Below are positions 48,632 to 58,455 of a stretch of DNA of 64,000 nt, piece after piece. A program made the position numbers and the translations under genes. The stretch is from assembly GCA_038889235.1 (NCBI GenBank), contig JAWAHN010000001.1, forward strand, positions 631,459 through 695,458, written 5' to 3'. The first letter of the stretch is position 1, and every line of letters begins with the position of its first letter. The stretch is from Candidatus Jordarchaeales archaeon. GTDB lineage: Archaea > Asgardarchaeota > Jordiarchaeia > Jordiarchaeales > Freyrarchaeaceae. Below the pieces are notes generated by a model. That model was not told the origin of the DNA. It saw only the letters and a program-made list of their open reading frames with translations, and did not search any database.

Positions 48632-49489
48632 TTACTCCGCTTCGTATTGTACTCCGGAAGTTATCAAGATTAACGACAAAACAATTATAACGGGTGAAAT
48701 GAAGATAACTATTTCTCCGAGAAGGGATTTTATGATAGCGGCTTGCATAGTTCGACCCACATAGTAACACATGAAGCCGACCCCTAACAAGGAAGCCCTC
48801 CTTCTTATCACACCCGCGCTATTCAATGCCACGTAAAAGAATAGTAATGGGATAAACAGCGAGTAAATAGACGAGAGAACGTAGTTTATGGCAAAGTATA
48901 CTGCTCCACTTGGTTGGTAGACTATAGCAAGCCTTTGAGGGAACCAGGGACTAAATGGGTCGAAGCCAAGCCAGAAAAGTACTCCTTGAGTTTCTGAGCC
49001 GGGCTGGGGTACTAGGAAGCGGACTTCATCTATAACGTAATTGAAAAGAAGCTCTCCCGGTAAGAGAAGTAAAGCAAGTCCGGCAAGCAACGGGGGAATA
49101 TGAAGTGTACGTCTCAGCCACTTATTTTCAAGCCACACGTAAGCGATGCCCAGGGATATGAATGAAAGACTGAGCCATTCCCAAAAAGATGCCAGCCGCC
49201 AATCCCAAGTGTTACATATGAACACAGCTTCAACAAATGGAGTATATGCACTGGACAAGACGGGAGCCAAAAAAATTACTGCAGGTTTGTCGTAGAAATC
49301 GTATAAAAGAAAGAAAACTCTACCTACTGCAAGCGTCAGGAAGAATAACGAGAGCGATAAATTGAAAAAGTTTCGGTTCTTTCTCCACTTGAAGAGAAAA
49401 AGGTACAAGAAAAGGAGGACATAATAACCCACTATAGTAAACCAAAGTCCTATGGCGAAAGTATATGGAACATATTGTGACGGGATCAA
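48632..49489 (-). CDS. Polytopic integral membrane protein, function unknown
   Basis: 285 aa; several hydrophobic helices, aromatic-rich. Confidence 0.55.
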   Translation of the reverse strand: MIPSQYVPYTFAIGLWFTIVGYYVLLFLYLFLFKWRKNRNFFNLSLSLFFLTLAVGRVFFLLYDFYDKPAVIFLAPVLSSAYTPFVEAVFICNTWDWRLASFWEWLSLSFISLGIAYVWLENKWLRRTLHIPPLLAGLALLLLPGELLFNYVIDEVRFLVPQPGSETQGVLFWLGFDPFSPWFPQRLAIVYQPSGAVYFAINYVLSSIYSLFIPLLFFYVALNSAGVIRRRASLLGVGFMCYYVGRTMQAAIIKSLLGEIVIFISPVIIVLSLILITSGVQYEAE

Positions 49490-49567
49490 ATTCCCCCTTC
49501 CATTCCTGGAATATAGGGAGGTTAGATATAAAAATGTTTATCCGGTAACGAGTTATGAGGAGGTTGC

Positions 49568-50395
49568 ATGGAACGAGTTATAGGGGTTTCTTCTGGATGC
49601 TTTCTGTTCAGAGGGAATGGCTACGTAAAACCAAAACCTATTCCGTTTGAGCTTAGAAAGTACCAATTTGAACTGCAGGTTGGGAGGGGTTATTTCTTCG
49701 AAGACATTGAAAATATTGTTACGGTGCATCTGCCATTTCGCGAGTATCACGCTGCTTCTATTAATGGAGAAAAACTGTTTATCGAGGGGAGGAACGTCAA
49801 CATAGCTACGTTAAATGGTAGTTTGAGAAAAGCTTGGTTAAAAGAGTTCACAGGAATAATATTCGAGGCGGCCTCTAGAAATGCAAGCGTTGCAGTGTTG
49901 CATTATGGTGTTTGTGATTGCCAAGATGAGAACGTTCTTAATGAAAGCCACAGAGTGAGACACTGGAAAGCCGAAGCTTCTTTTTTGGGAGAAATCTCGA
50001 AAGTATGCGATGATGTGGGGATATCGCTCTTAGTTGAAAACCACCCTTACGATGAAACCATCTTTTTAAACCATCTAAAACACATGGAAGCAGTAGTCGA
50101 GGAGGGGTTTGCTAAAATATGCTTAGATTTTCCTCATGCATATTATAGGGAGTTTAAAGGGGAAGATAACATAGAAGCCTTGGCAAGTGCACTCAGAGAT
50201 GAAATTTTGGAAGTTCACTTAGCTGATGGGAACGGGCTAAGCCATGAACCTCTCCAGGTAGGAGAGGGAAGTATTAACTTCGAGAAGGTGTTAAAAAAGC
50301 TGACAAGAACAAAGTTTTTCATAATTGAGGTGAGAGGAGACCCAACTCCATCGATTAAAGCAGCTAGAGAACTCTTAGAAAAAACAACCTTGTGA
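49568..50395 (+). CDS. Sugar phosphate isomerase/epimerase (xylose isomerase-like TIM barrel)
   Basis: 275 aa; conserved acidic/His residues in a TIM-barrel pattern (LLVENHPY, EVHLADGNG). Confidence 0.55.
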   Translation: MERVIGVSSGCFLFRGNGYVKPKPIPFELRKYQFELQVGRGYFFEDIENIVTVHLPFREYHAASINGEKLFIEGRNVNIATLNGSLRKAWLKEFTGIIFEAASRNASVAVLHYGVCDCQDENVLNESHRVRHWKAEASFLGEISKVCDDVGISLLVENHPYDETIFLNHLKHMEAVVEEGFAKICLDFPHAYYREFKGEDNIEALASALRDEILEVHLADGNGLSHEPLQVGEGSINFEKVLKKLTRTKFFIIEVRGDPTPSIKAARELLEKTTL

Positions 50396-50439
50396 AGTGA
50401 TGAATGTATCTATAAAGAGTCACTTTTTGCTGCTTGTTG

Positions 50440-51723
50440 CTAGAAAATTCTGGCCTCCAAATCCATTACTACCTCTTGGAAGGCTCGGTATAACACGTCT
50501 AAAAAAGAGGCCAATACTCTTCCTATCTTGTCTTTTAGTGGAGCCTTTTCGGGATAACCTAAGTCGTAAAGTGGTTTGTTAAGAAGTGCTTCCAATCCTA
50601 CAGGTATAGATGCTTTCGCCATAAGCGATAAGTTAGAAAGGACTCTCACACCGTGCTTTTCTAGGTATTTTTCTGGTTCGAGAAGGCTCTCTCTTTTGAG
50701 GTCATAAATCCGTTTTATCGTTGAATCAAGGAGAAGCTGTAGCTTTCGGAGCTCATCTGTAATATCGCTACTTAGGATGCTGCCATGTTCACTTAAGAAG
50801 CGATCAATTTCGGAAGAAATAGAGAGGATAGGACGCTGCCAAAGTATGTTTAAAAGCTTGTCAAACACCACCATATTTTTCCTGCTGCCAGTTTTTTCTT
50901 TGCTGATCCTCGCTTTCAGATCTCTAATCTTCTTATCTAGGGAAATTATCATACTTGAAATACTTTCTAGGTCCATTTTAAACCCGCTTTTAAGTTCCTC
51001 GTGTTCTATGAGATAGAACCTGTGTATTTCTTGTTCAAGAATGAAACCCATTTTCTCCGAGAAGTTTCTCACTCTGTGCAACAAAAAATCTAGGAATATG
51101 TTTAAATAAAGCTTCCTTAGAAGACCCGCTAACCTCTCCCATATCTCCTTAAACATTACTATCCTTTCCTTTTTCAAGAGGATCAAAGCGTGATCTCCGG
51201 GTTTTAAGTAAAAACAATAGTCTTTGAGCGCCTCTTTAAGACTGTTTTTTTCCCCCAACTTGTTTATGAAGATGGATGGATAACCGTGAGCAGCCGTGTT
51301 GACGTAGTAGTAAAGCCGTTTACCTTCATTCGTGGGGTAGCTAAAAACTATAATGCGCTCCAAATCTCCTGGATGGTGGGCTTTTCCGGGAGCTATAGTG
51401 AAACCCTTACTGTACGACAGCATTACGTAGATTGAATACCTTTCTTCCCCCTCAGTTAGTCCTGGAAACCTTAACAGGAAACCTAATTTTTCTAATACGC
51501 TTCTTTTATCTTTAGCCCATTCAGATGCTAATAAGTAGAAGCTACGCTTCTCTACATCTCCAACTATAACTCTGAAGAGCCCTAAAGTATCTCGTTTCTC
51601 GACATATTCATGTAATTTGTCAAAAAGCTTGCTTAACTCTCTCATGCTTCTTTTAAGCACAAATTCACGACTTTTCTCTTCATATATCGCAACTCTTTTC
51701 GGGAGGTAAACTTCGACTTCCAA
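50440..51723 (-). CDS. Hypothetical protein (427 aa)
   Basis: Long uninterrupted ORF; no family recognised. Confidence 0.5.
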   Translation of the reverse strand: MEVEVYLPKRVAIYEEKSREFVLKRSMRELSKLFDKLHEYVEKRDTLGLFRVIVGDVEKRSFYLLASEWAKDKRSVLEKLGFLLRFPGLTEGEERYSIYVMLSYSKGFTIAPGKAHHPGDLERIIVFSYPTNEGKRLYYYVNTAAHGYPSIFINKLGEKNSLKEALKDYCFYLKPGDHALILLKKERIVMFKEIWERLAGLLRKLYLNIFLDFLLHRVRNFSEKMGFILEQEIHRFYLIEHEELKSGFKMDLESISSMIISLDKKIRDLKARISKEKTGSRKNMVVFDKLLNILWQRPILSISSEIDRFLSEHGSILSSDITDELRKLQLLLDSTIKRIYDLKRESLLEPEKYLEKHGVRVLSNLSLMAKASIPVGLEALLNKPLYDLGYPEKAPLKDKIGRVLASFLDVLYRAFQEVVMDLEARIF

Positions 51724-51821
51724 GGGTAAAAACCCCCACTATAAATTACACATGTTTTGCCGAAAAACGTGGTATATACACCATGATCATTTCTGGACAT
51801 CCCCTCTTAAAGGTGTTCTCT

Positions 51822-52262
51822 TTACTCCTTCAACTTTCTGACCCGCACGAAAATTATGGTTGCAGCGATGGAGTAGAAGAGAAGCACAAGAAGTAAAAAC
51901 GTGTAAATGCTTATGAATCTCGTAAAGGTTATTCCAAAGCCAAGTAAGAAACCCGTAATAACGCGTAACCAATTTTTGCTCTCTCTTCTAAAAACGCTTT
52001 GTGTACCCCAGTCAAGTAAAGCAGGCATTAACGAAAAAATCACCAAAGCCACTGCTGTCGCTTCGCTTAAGAAAAGCCACTTCCAGAAGCAGTAATAAAC
52101 CGCAATTCCAAAAATGAAGCCTAACGTCAAACCACTACACCTAGCACATAGACGAACTTCGCTAGAAAAAAAGCGTATACGCAAGGTTCTATGAGCATAC
52201 TCTTCAGAGTGGTGAGAAAGCAGGAATAACAGAATTTTCTTAATACTTCTCAAGGAAGACAC
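51822..52262 (-). CDS. Membrane protein with CxxC motif (DUF2085-like)
   Basis: 146 aa; CARCSG motif followed by four hydrophobic helices. Confidence 0.5.
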   Translation of the reverse strand: MSSLRSIKKILLFLLSHHSEEYAHRTLRIRFFSSEVRLCARCSGLTLGFIFGIAVYYCFWKWLFLSEATAVALVIFSLMPALLDWGTQSVFRRESKNWLRVITGFLLGFGITFTRFISIYTFLLLVLLFYSIAATIIFVRVRKLKE

Positions 52263-52342
52263 CCTAACAAAAGGATTTTAATTTAAAAAAATAAGATGTG
52301 ATGTATGCCTGTCTTCTCTGAGACTCTTTTTATGTCAAAAGT

Positions 52343-52543
52343 TCACCTGACTATCAAGTACACTATTAGCCCTATAATGCCGGTTAACAAGACTATCAAC
52401 AACCAAAGTTCCCCAGATTTTCCACGAGATTCAGCGTCTCTGTAAACCCACACGGCGAGAGCGAGCGCTATGATACACCAGGCCACTAATATTATCAACG
52501 AAAGACTTATTCCGAGCAATTCGAATTGCAGTGGGAGCAACAA
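52343..52543 (-). CDS. Small two-helix membrane protein (PLD N-terminal-like)
   Basis: 66 aa; two transmembrane helices flanking WVYRDAESRGKSGELW. Confidence 0.45.
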   Translation of the reverse strand: MLLPLQFELLGISLSLIILVAWCIIALALAVWVYRDAESRGKSGELWLLIVLLTGIIGLIVYLIVR

Positions 52544-52718
52544 AGGGCTTCCTCCTTTATCAAGAAGTTTTGTATCTACATTTTTGGTATAACTTAGAAA
52601 TAAATTTTGTGGATGCTTGCAGGACTTAGCGTTTCAAAACAATTTTAAAAGAAAAATTTTATTTCCATTTAAGTGATACTTTAAAGTAAGCTTTTAAAAG
52701 GTAGGGAGAGGGAGCAGA

Positions 52719-53297
52719 TTGACAGGGACTAAGATATGTAGCGTTTTGTTTGAAACACCAGGCCCTGCGAACACGGATGAAACATTGAAAATAGCTAAAG
52801 AATTTGCGGATAACAATCAAGTGAAGGATATAGTTATTGCTTCTACTACAGGGAATACTGCTCTCAAGGCGCTTAGATTGTTTTCTCCGGACAAGTTTAA
52901 CTTGGTGGTGGTTACTCATAGTTACGGTTTTGTAAAACCAGGAGAGCAAGAGTTTGATAGTGAAGTTAGAGCGGAGCTTGAAAAGAAAGGTGTTAAGGTT
53001 TTGACGTGCGTGCACGCTCTTTCTGGGGTTGAAAGAGCATTTAGGAACAAACTTGGCGTCTGGATGCCGATCGACCTAATTGCTAGAACACTTAGATCCA
53101 TACTGGGCGACGGATTTAAGGTTTGCGTGGAGATTGCTCTCATGGCTGCCGATGCAGGACTTATTCCAATAGATAGGGACGTAATCGCAATAGGAGGGAC
53201 AGGGCGGGGGGCGGATACTGCAGTGGTTCTTAGGCCTTCAAACACGTCCAACTTCTTAGATTTACGTGTCAAGGCCATTCTTTGTAAGCCCATCTGA
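52719..53297 (+). CDS. Conserved hypothetical protein (alpha/beta fold)
   Basis: 192 aa; no confident family assignment. Confidence 0.45.
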   Translation: MTGTKICSVLFETPGPANTDETLKIAKEFADNNQVKDIVIASTTGNTALKALRLFSPDKFNLVVVTHSYGFVKPGEQEFDSEVRAELEKKGVKVLTCVHALSGVERAFRNKLGVWMPIDLIARTLRSILGDGFKVCVEIALMAADAGLIPIDRDVIAIGGTGRGADTAVVLRPSNTSNFLDLRVKAILCKPI

Positions 53298-54113
53298 TAA
53301 ATACTTTTTTAGCGGTCTTTTGCACGAGGGACACTTATCTTTTTGTTTAAAGTAATCGTTTAAATGCTTTTCACATGCCTTATTAAAACAAAAGGGACAT
53401 GTGAAATGCTTAGAGTCTGGCGGCAGTTTATCTCCGCACACCATGCATTTTTCTTCTTCAACCTCACTGCGCAATGCCCTTTCTATCCATTCAAACTCTT
53501 CTGGTGAGCCGATTTCGTACACGCCGTTCTCTATTAACATGTCTCTAACGTAAATTCTGTACTCTTGAGGTGCGTCTTCAGAAACCAAGAGAAGTTTCTT
53601 TGCTTCTTCAAGAAGAGAGATCCCATTCAATCTTGACGAAACCATTTTCCACACATATCTTAAGATCAATGGATTCCTTACGAGGGAACCATAGAGAAAA
53701 TTCGCGCACTCGTAGCTTCGCCCCTCGTTAAAATAGTAGTCTACGGCTTCCTTAAAGAGGCCAACTCTGAGCAGTTGTAGAACCGGGTGACCGACCCCTT
53801 CTTTTTCGTATTTGTCTAAGAGTTTTTCGGCCTGCCTCGTTCTAATGACAGAGTAGAGGGCGCAGGATAACGTGCATAAAAGGAAAAATATGCTTAATGT
53901 TGGAAAAACTGTAGGGTATTGTGTTGGGGCCACGTTTAAACTAATTAGCAACATATTGTAAGCCAACCACGCGAAAAAAGATTCGTAAGTATTACGAGTG
54001 AAGTATAGATAGATATCTATCGCACAATAAGCTGCAATGCTAAAAGACAACAAGAGGAGAATTGAAAGTCTGCGCTTCAACTTGGACTTAGCGAGTTCCG
54101 TCAAAACAATCAC
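53262..54113 (-). CDS. Membrane protein with C-terminal zinc-ribbon domain
   Basis: 283 aa; N-terminal transmembrane helices, C-terminal CMVCGDKLPPDSKHFTCPFCFNKACEKH...CPSCKRP. Confidence 0.5.
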   Translation of the reverse strand: MIVLTELAKSKLKRRLSILLLLSFSIAAYCAIDIYLYFTRNTYESFFAWLAYNMLLISLNVAPTQYPTVFPTLSIFFLLCTLSCALYSVIRTRQAEKLLDKYEKEGVGHPVLQLLRVGLFKEAVDYYFNEGRSYECANFLYGSLVRNPLILRYVWKMVSSRLNGISLLEEAKKLLLVSEDAPQEYRIYVRDMLIENGVYEIGSPEEFEWIERALRSEVEEEKCMVCGDKLPPDSKHFTCPFCFNKACEKHLNDYFKQKDKCPSCKRPLKKYLSDGLTKNGLDT

Positions 54114-54244
54114 CGCTAGGGTAACTTACTTTTCGTAGAAAAATTAATTTTTTGGAAGTTTTAGTATTCTCACTCACCAAACTAATGAGGATTTTTTATT
54201 ACTTGTAGTAATAATTTTGCAGAAAGATTTATATGAATTAAGTA

Positions 54245-55819
54245 ATGGAACTTTTAACTAAGACCCAGGGGGCACCTATTGTGAAAGTGAAAACACCGCA
54301 TGCAGAACTGGAAAAAGTTGACGATAAACCAATAAGAAGCTACGATGAAATAAACGAGAAAATAAAGCGGGGGGACGTCATAGTAGTTACAGCAGAAGAG
54401 ATGGTTAAAATAGTTGAGGAAGAGGGAGTAGCTAAGGCTGCTAAGGAAATAGATGTGGTTACAACGGGAACCTTTGGACCGATGTGCTCGAGTGGGGCAT
54501 TCTTGAATTTCGGTCATGCGGATCCGCCGATAAAAATGGAAAGGGTGTGGATTAACGATGTTGAAGCGTATCATGGAGGAGCAGCCGTGGACTGCTATAT
54601 AGGCGCCACAAAGATGAGCCAAACCAACCCATTTAAGTATGGTGGAGGACACGTAATAGAGGATTTAGTGGCAGGTAAGGAGGTAGAAGTTAGGGCTATA
54701 GCGTACGGCACTGATTGTTACCCCAGGACGCGTATAGAAACCACTGTAACTATAGAAGATCTTAACCAGGCTATTCTTTGTAATCCTAGAAACGCGTATC
54801 AAAGGTATAATGCTGCAACGAACGGACGCGATGAAGTAATATACACATATATGGGGAAATTGCTCCCCAATTATGGAAACGTTACTTTTTCTGGGTCAGG
54901 TTGCCTTAACCCGCTTTGCAACGATCCCGACTATGAAACTATAGGTATTGGTACGCGCATATTTTTGGGGGGTGGAATAGGTTACATTATAGGGGAGGGA
55001 ACTCAGCATAATCCACGCGAGCAATTTGGGACCTTGATGGTTAAGGGAGATCTTAAAAAGATGAGTCCTAGGTATTTGAGGGGGGCGGCTTTCACGAAGT
55101 ATGGTACAACAATGTTTGTCGGGGTCGGTGTTCCCATACCTATTCTGAATCAACGCTTAGCATTGAAAACGGCTGTAAGTGATGACGAGATAACAACTAA
55201 GATCCTCGATTACGGTGTTCCAAGACTTCAGAGACCTGTCATCAGAGAGGTGACATACAGCGAGTTGAAATCTGGGAGAGTGGAACTTAATGGTGAAACC
55301 GTTAAAGTTTCTCCTCTTTCGAGCATAAGCATGGCGCGTGAAATAGCTGAAACCCTCAAGAAGTGGATAGAAAACGGGGAATTCTTCCTTTCAGCTCCTG
55401 TGGAAAGACTGCCTCGAGATACTGTCTTTAAGCCTATGAAAATGACTAAGGAAGTAAAGTACGTTAAGTCTTTTATGAGGCCGGCTGTCACGTGTAGAAG
55501 CAGTAATTCCATAGAAGATGTGGCAAAGATCATAGTTTCTAGGAGCGTCAACCACGTAGTAGTTGTAGACGAGGAGGGCAAATTGGAGGGGATAGTGACG
55601 TCTTTCGACATAACTAGAGCGGTTGCTGAGAAGAAAACAAATCTAGCGGAGATAATAACTAGGAAAGTTATCTCAATAAGTCCCGAGGAACCCATAGAGG
55701 TGGCATCTAGGAAAATGAAGGAGCATGACATTTCGGCACTTCCAGTCATAGATGAGCGGAAGAAGGTGCTTGGCATAATTACTAGTGAAGACTTGTCTAA
55801 GCTGATCGGTGGGGAGTGA
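54245..55819 (+). CDS. Homocysteine biosynthesis protein (DUF39 domain + tandem CBS; L-aspartate-semialdehyde sulfurtransferase family)
   Basis: 524 aa; DUF39-type N-terminal domain with conserved Cys, followed by two CBS domains; partnered with downstream NIL-ferredoxin. Confidence 0.7.
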   Translation: MELLTKTQGAPIVKVKTPHAELEKVDDKPIRSYDEINEKIKRGDVIVVTAEEMVKIVEEEGVAKAAKEIDVVTTGTFGPMCSSGAFLNFGHADPPIKMERVWINDVEAYHGGAAVDCYIGATKMSQTNPFKYGGGHVIEDLVAGKEVEVRAIAYGTDCYPRTRIETTVTIEDLNQAILCNPRNAYQRYNAATNGRDEVIYTYMGKLLPNYGNVTFSGSGCLNPLCNDPDYETIGIGTRIFLGGGIGYIIGEGTQHNPREQFGTLMVKGDLKKMSPRYLRGAAFTKYGTTMFVGVGVPIPILNQRLALKTAVSDDEITTKILDYGVPRLQRPVIREVTYSELKSGRVELNGETVKVSPLSSISMAREIAETLKKWIENGEFFLSAPVERLPRDTVFKPMKMTKEVKYVKSFMRPAVTCRSSNSIEDVAKIIVSRSVNHVVVVDEEGKLEGIVTSFDITRAVAEKKTNLAEIITRKVISISPEEPIEVASRKMKEHDISALPVIDERKKVLGIITSEDLSKLIGGE

Positions 55820-56213
55820 AAAAGTGAAAATGCGAGTTAGGTTTAGCACGGACAAGATTAAGGAAGCGGTTACAGCAGATGTAATCCTGGAAACAGGGGT
55901 GCGTATAAATATACTCAGCGCTATGCTTAACGAGCGAGGGGGAGAAGTGCTGCTTGAAGTGCCAGATGATAAGGCGAAAGAAGTGCAGGATGCTTTCAAA
56001 CGGCATGGTGTGGATGTTGAAGAAGACAGGAAACGCGTGGAAATTCTTAAGGATCGTTGCGTAAATTGCGGTTCATGTTACTCCCTCTGCCCCGTTGACG
56101 CCATACGACTTGACCCGAAAACCTTCGAAATAGACCTAATCAAAGAACTGTGCATTGGATGCATGAGGTGCATCGACGCATGTCCGCTTGAAGCAATAGT
56201 TAGAGTCAAATAG
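55809..56213 (+). CDS. NIL-domain 4Fe-4S ferredoxin (sulfurtransferase partner)
   Basis: 134 aa; N-terminal NIL-like domain and C-terminal CVNCGSCYSLCP...CIGCMRCIDACP; overlaps upstream gene by 11 bp. Confidence 0.7.
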   Translation: MGSEKVKMRVRFSTDKIKEAVTADVILETGVRINILSAMLNERGGEVLLEVPDDKAKEVQDAFKRHGVDVEEDRKRVEILKDRCVNCGSCYSLCPVDAIRLDPKTFEIDLIKELCIGCMRCIDACPLEAIVRVK

Positions 56214-56404
56214 CATGTGTACTTTTGGCGAACTACTATTGTCCTCTTAACTTTAGAGAAGAGGTAAGCTTACGTTTTTATTAAAATGGCAGCCTTTAAG
56301 AGATGTATATCAAGTAATTTCTTAGCTAGTTTTAGAAAATCCACGACATTAAATACCGGTTTTTCCGTTAAACGAGTTTAGTTGATGGAGGGGATGCTTT
56401 TCAG

Positions 56405-57436
56405 ATGGACGTAAGTAGGTACTTGTCTCTAAAAAGGGTTACCCTGTTTTTCAATGGAGGAGCCTTAATGGAGTACGAGGGGCAAATTCCAGTTAAGGAC
56501 GAGGATACATTGTACATGATGGCTGTTGACTTGAACATTGCTGAACAAGTTTTTTCAACTTTGAATGTAAGCGACCTCGACGGAGGAGCTGTAACTGAAA
56601 TAGTGTACCAGCTCCCTGCTGAGTTGTCTTGCAGTTATGACGTTAAATTTGACAACTTCATGCGGAGCTTACTCCCCAAACTCGTAGGGAGAACCATCAG
56701 CTTAGGAGTAAAAAGTGGAGAGAACATTTCAGGGATCCTTCTGGGCTTTGACGAAACAAAAAATGGCGGCAACGATGAAGTTTTCCTCGATGTTCTCTCA
56801 TCGGACAAGCTTTACAGAGTCAACATGGCGTCAGTAGAACATATTTCTTTGGGAAAAAACTGCTCTCTTGAGTTAAAAAACCTTGCTAAAGGGGAATTGA
56901 AGGCTTACGTCGGTTGGAGAATAGACCCGGGGACTGTAGTAAAAGAAAAACATTTGGTTAATGTAAAACATTTTCAGTCGCTGGGTGAGAAATGGAGACC
57001 CTTTTATCATCTTTATGTTTCAGATGAGATGTGGGTTTTGATAGTGTGGTGCGAAATCACAAACCCAACGTCAAAGGATTGGAAAGACGTGTCGATTACA
57101 CTTACAACCGGAGCAATGCTACTGCTAGGATCTTGTGAACTGCGAAGTGATGAAGTTGCCGAGTACAATATCACTGGACCAGTTACTATTCCCAAGTTTT
57201 CGAGAGTTCTCATCCCTGTCTCTAAATTTGAAGTTAAAGGCGAAGTACAGTTGCAAACAGGTGATTCAGAGAAAAATGTGGTGAAGGTGAGTATAATAAA
57301 CGACAGCGGTAAAGTGTGGCTTCCAGGAAAAATTATAGTGTGGAGAGAGGGACGGCTCCTTGGAATTGGTGAATTACAGTTTGTCAAGAAAGGCGGAGTT
57401 GCGGTGGTTGAGGTAAGCGTGAAGACAAGTAATTGA
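56405..57436 (+). CDS. Hypothetical beta-rich protein (343 aa)
   Basis: Long ORF upstream of the giant coiled-coil operon; no family recognised. Confidence 0.5.
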   Translation: MDVSRYLSLKRVTLFFNGGALMEYEGQIPVKDEDTLYMMAVDLNIAEQVFSTLNVSDLDGGAVTEIVYQLPAELSCSYDVKFDNFMRSLLPKLVGRTISLGVKSGENISGILLGFDETKNGGNDEVFLDVLSSDKLYRVNMASVEHISLGKNCSLELKNLAKGELKAYVGWRIDPGTVVKEKHLVNVKHFQSLGEKWRPFYHLYVSDEMWVLIVWCEITNPTSKDWKDVSITLTTGAMLLLGSCELRSDEVAEYNITGPVTIPKFSRVLIPVSKFEVKGEVQLQTGDSEKNVVKVSIINDSGKVWLPGKIIVWREGRLLGIGELQFVKKGGVAVVEVSVKTSN

Positions 57437-57570
57437 AAACATTTAAAAAAATAAAAAGAATTTTGTATTTTTAACATTTTAAAAATTAAGAAAAGTTTAT
57501 TTTTCTACAGATTTTAACATTTCTTGCCCGGTTAACTAGGATTGTTTTGCTGTTAATGGAGTGAGCAGTA
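57437..57570. promoter_or_regulatory. AT-rich intergenic region with three AACATTT copies, upstream of the 57571-62829 operon
   Basis: AACATTT at 57438, 57473 and 57516; exact 11-mer TTTTAACATTT at 57469-57479 and 57512-57522. Confidence 0.3.
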
Positions 57571-58455
57571 ATGAAAGGTAGGTATGTAAAATACGCAAAC
57601 AAGGTTTTAGAGGTGTTCTGCAATGGAAAAGACGCATTGATATTTGCTCCCCTACTGAAGTTACTTGTGGAGCACATGGAAGAAGTATGTGAAATGTGCA
57701 TGGAAAACAAAATGGTCTGCACACTGCGGCCTATGTGTCCTGAAAGAAGATGGCTTAGCTTTCTCATAATGATAGGAGCACAAAAAGAGGATCTTCCAGC
57801 TTTTTGTTTCAAAACCAGGATTAATGAAGTTAAAGCGATAATAGAGAGGACTAGCCATATTCATTTCAGCGATGCCATACTTCAAATAGACGTTTTTCTC
57901 AATATTCTTTCTGGCGGAAGGTCACGCTTAATAGAGCCTTTCAGAAGCGGTGATCTTGAAAGGTTTATTGAGGGGCTTGAGGCAGAGTTTAAACGCCACA
58001 CAAAAAACATTTCGTTGCTTGTTAATGATAGATGTATCTTCATCTTGGTGGACGAAAACCTAGTAATGATGTATTTGGATAAAGGGTTTGTCTTGATAAA
58101 TCCTGAGGAGAAAGTGTTTGATTCCGCAGAAGAATTAGTTAATTTAGTGCTTGCTTTTAAAAATCATTATGATGTACCAATTCAAGTGGAGGAAGAATTT
58201 GCCGGGTTCCCTCGAATTACGGTAAGAATTCCTCATAAACCTTATGTAGAAGATTTAGTGAACAAATTCGTTGAAAAAATGGTTAAAAACGCCGGACACG
58301 TAAATTTCTTCCCTGAAAATGATAGCTTAATGTTAGAGGTAGAATTTGACTTAGTCAATTCCCCTCTTAAGTTTAGGAAGGTTCTTCACGTATTAAACGA
58401 TATTAAATCACTCTACCAGGAAGTGATTGGTAAAGGCGAGGGGGGTAAGACTTGA
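57571..58455 (+). CDS. Hypothetical Cys-rich protein (294 aa)
   Basis: N-terminal CEMCMENKMVCTLRPMCPE cluster; stop overlaps start of the giant coiled-coil gene by 4 bp. Confidence 0.5.
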   Translation: MKGRYVKYANKVLEVFCNGKDALIFAPLLKLLVEHMEEVCEMCMENKMVCTLRPMCPERRWLSFLIMIGAQKEDLPAFCFKTRINEVKAIIERTSHIHFSDAILQIDVFLNILSGGRSRLIEPFRSGDLERFIEGLEAEFKRHTKNISLLVNDRCIFILVDENLVMMYLDKGFVLINPEEKVFDSAEELVNLVLAFKNHYDVPIQVEEEFAGFPRITVRIPHKPYVEDLVNKFVEKMVKNAGHVNFFPENDSLMLEVEFDLVNSPLKFRKVLHVLNDIKSLYQEVIGKGEGGKT

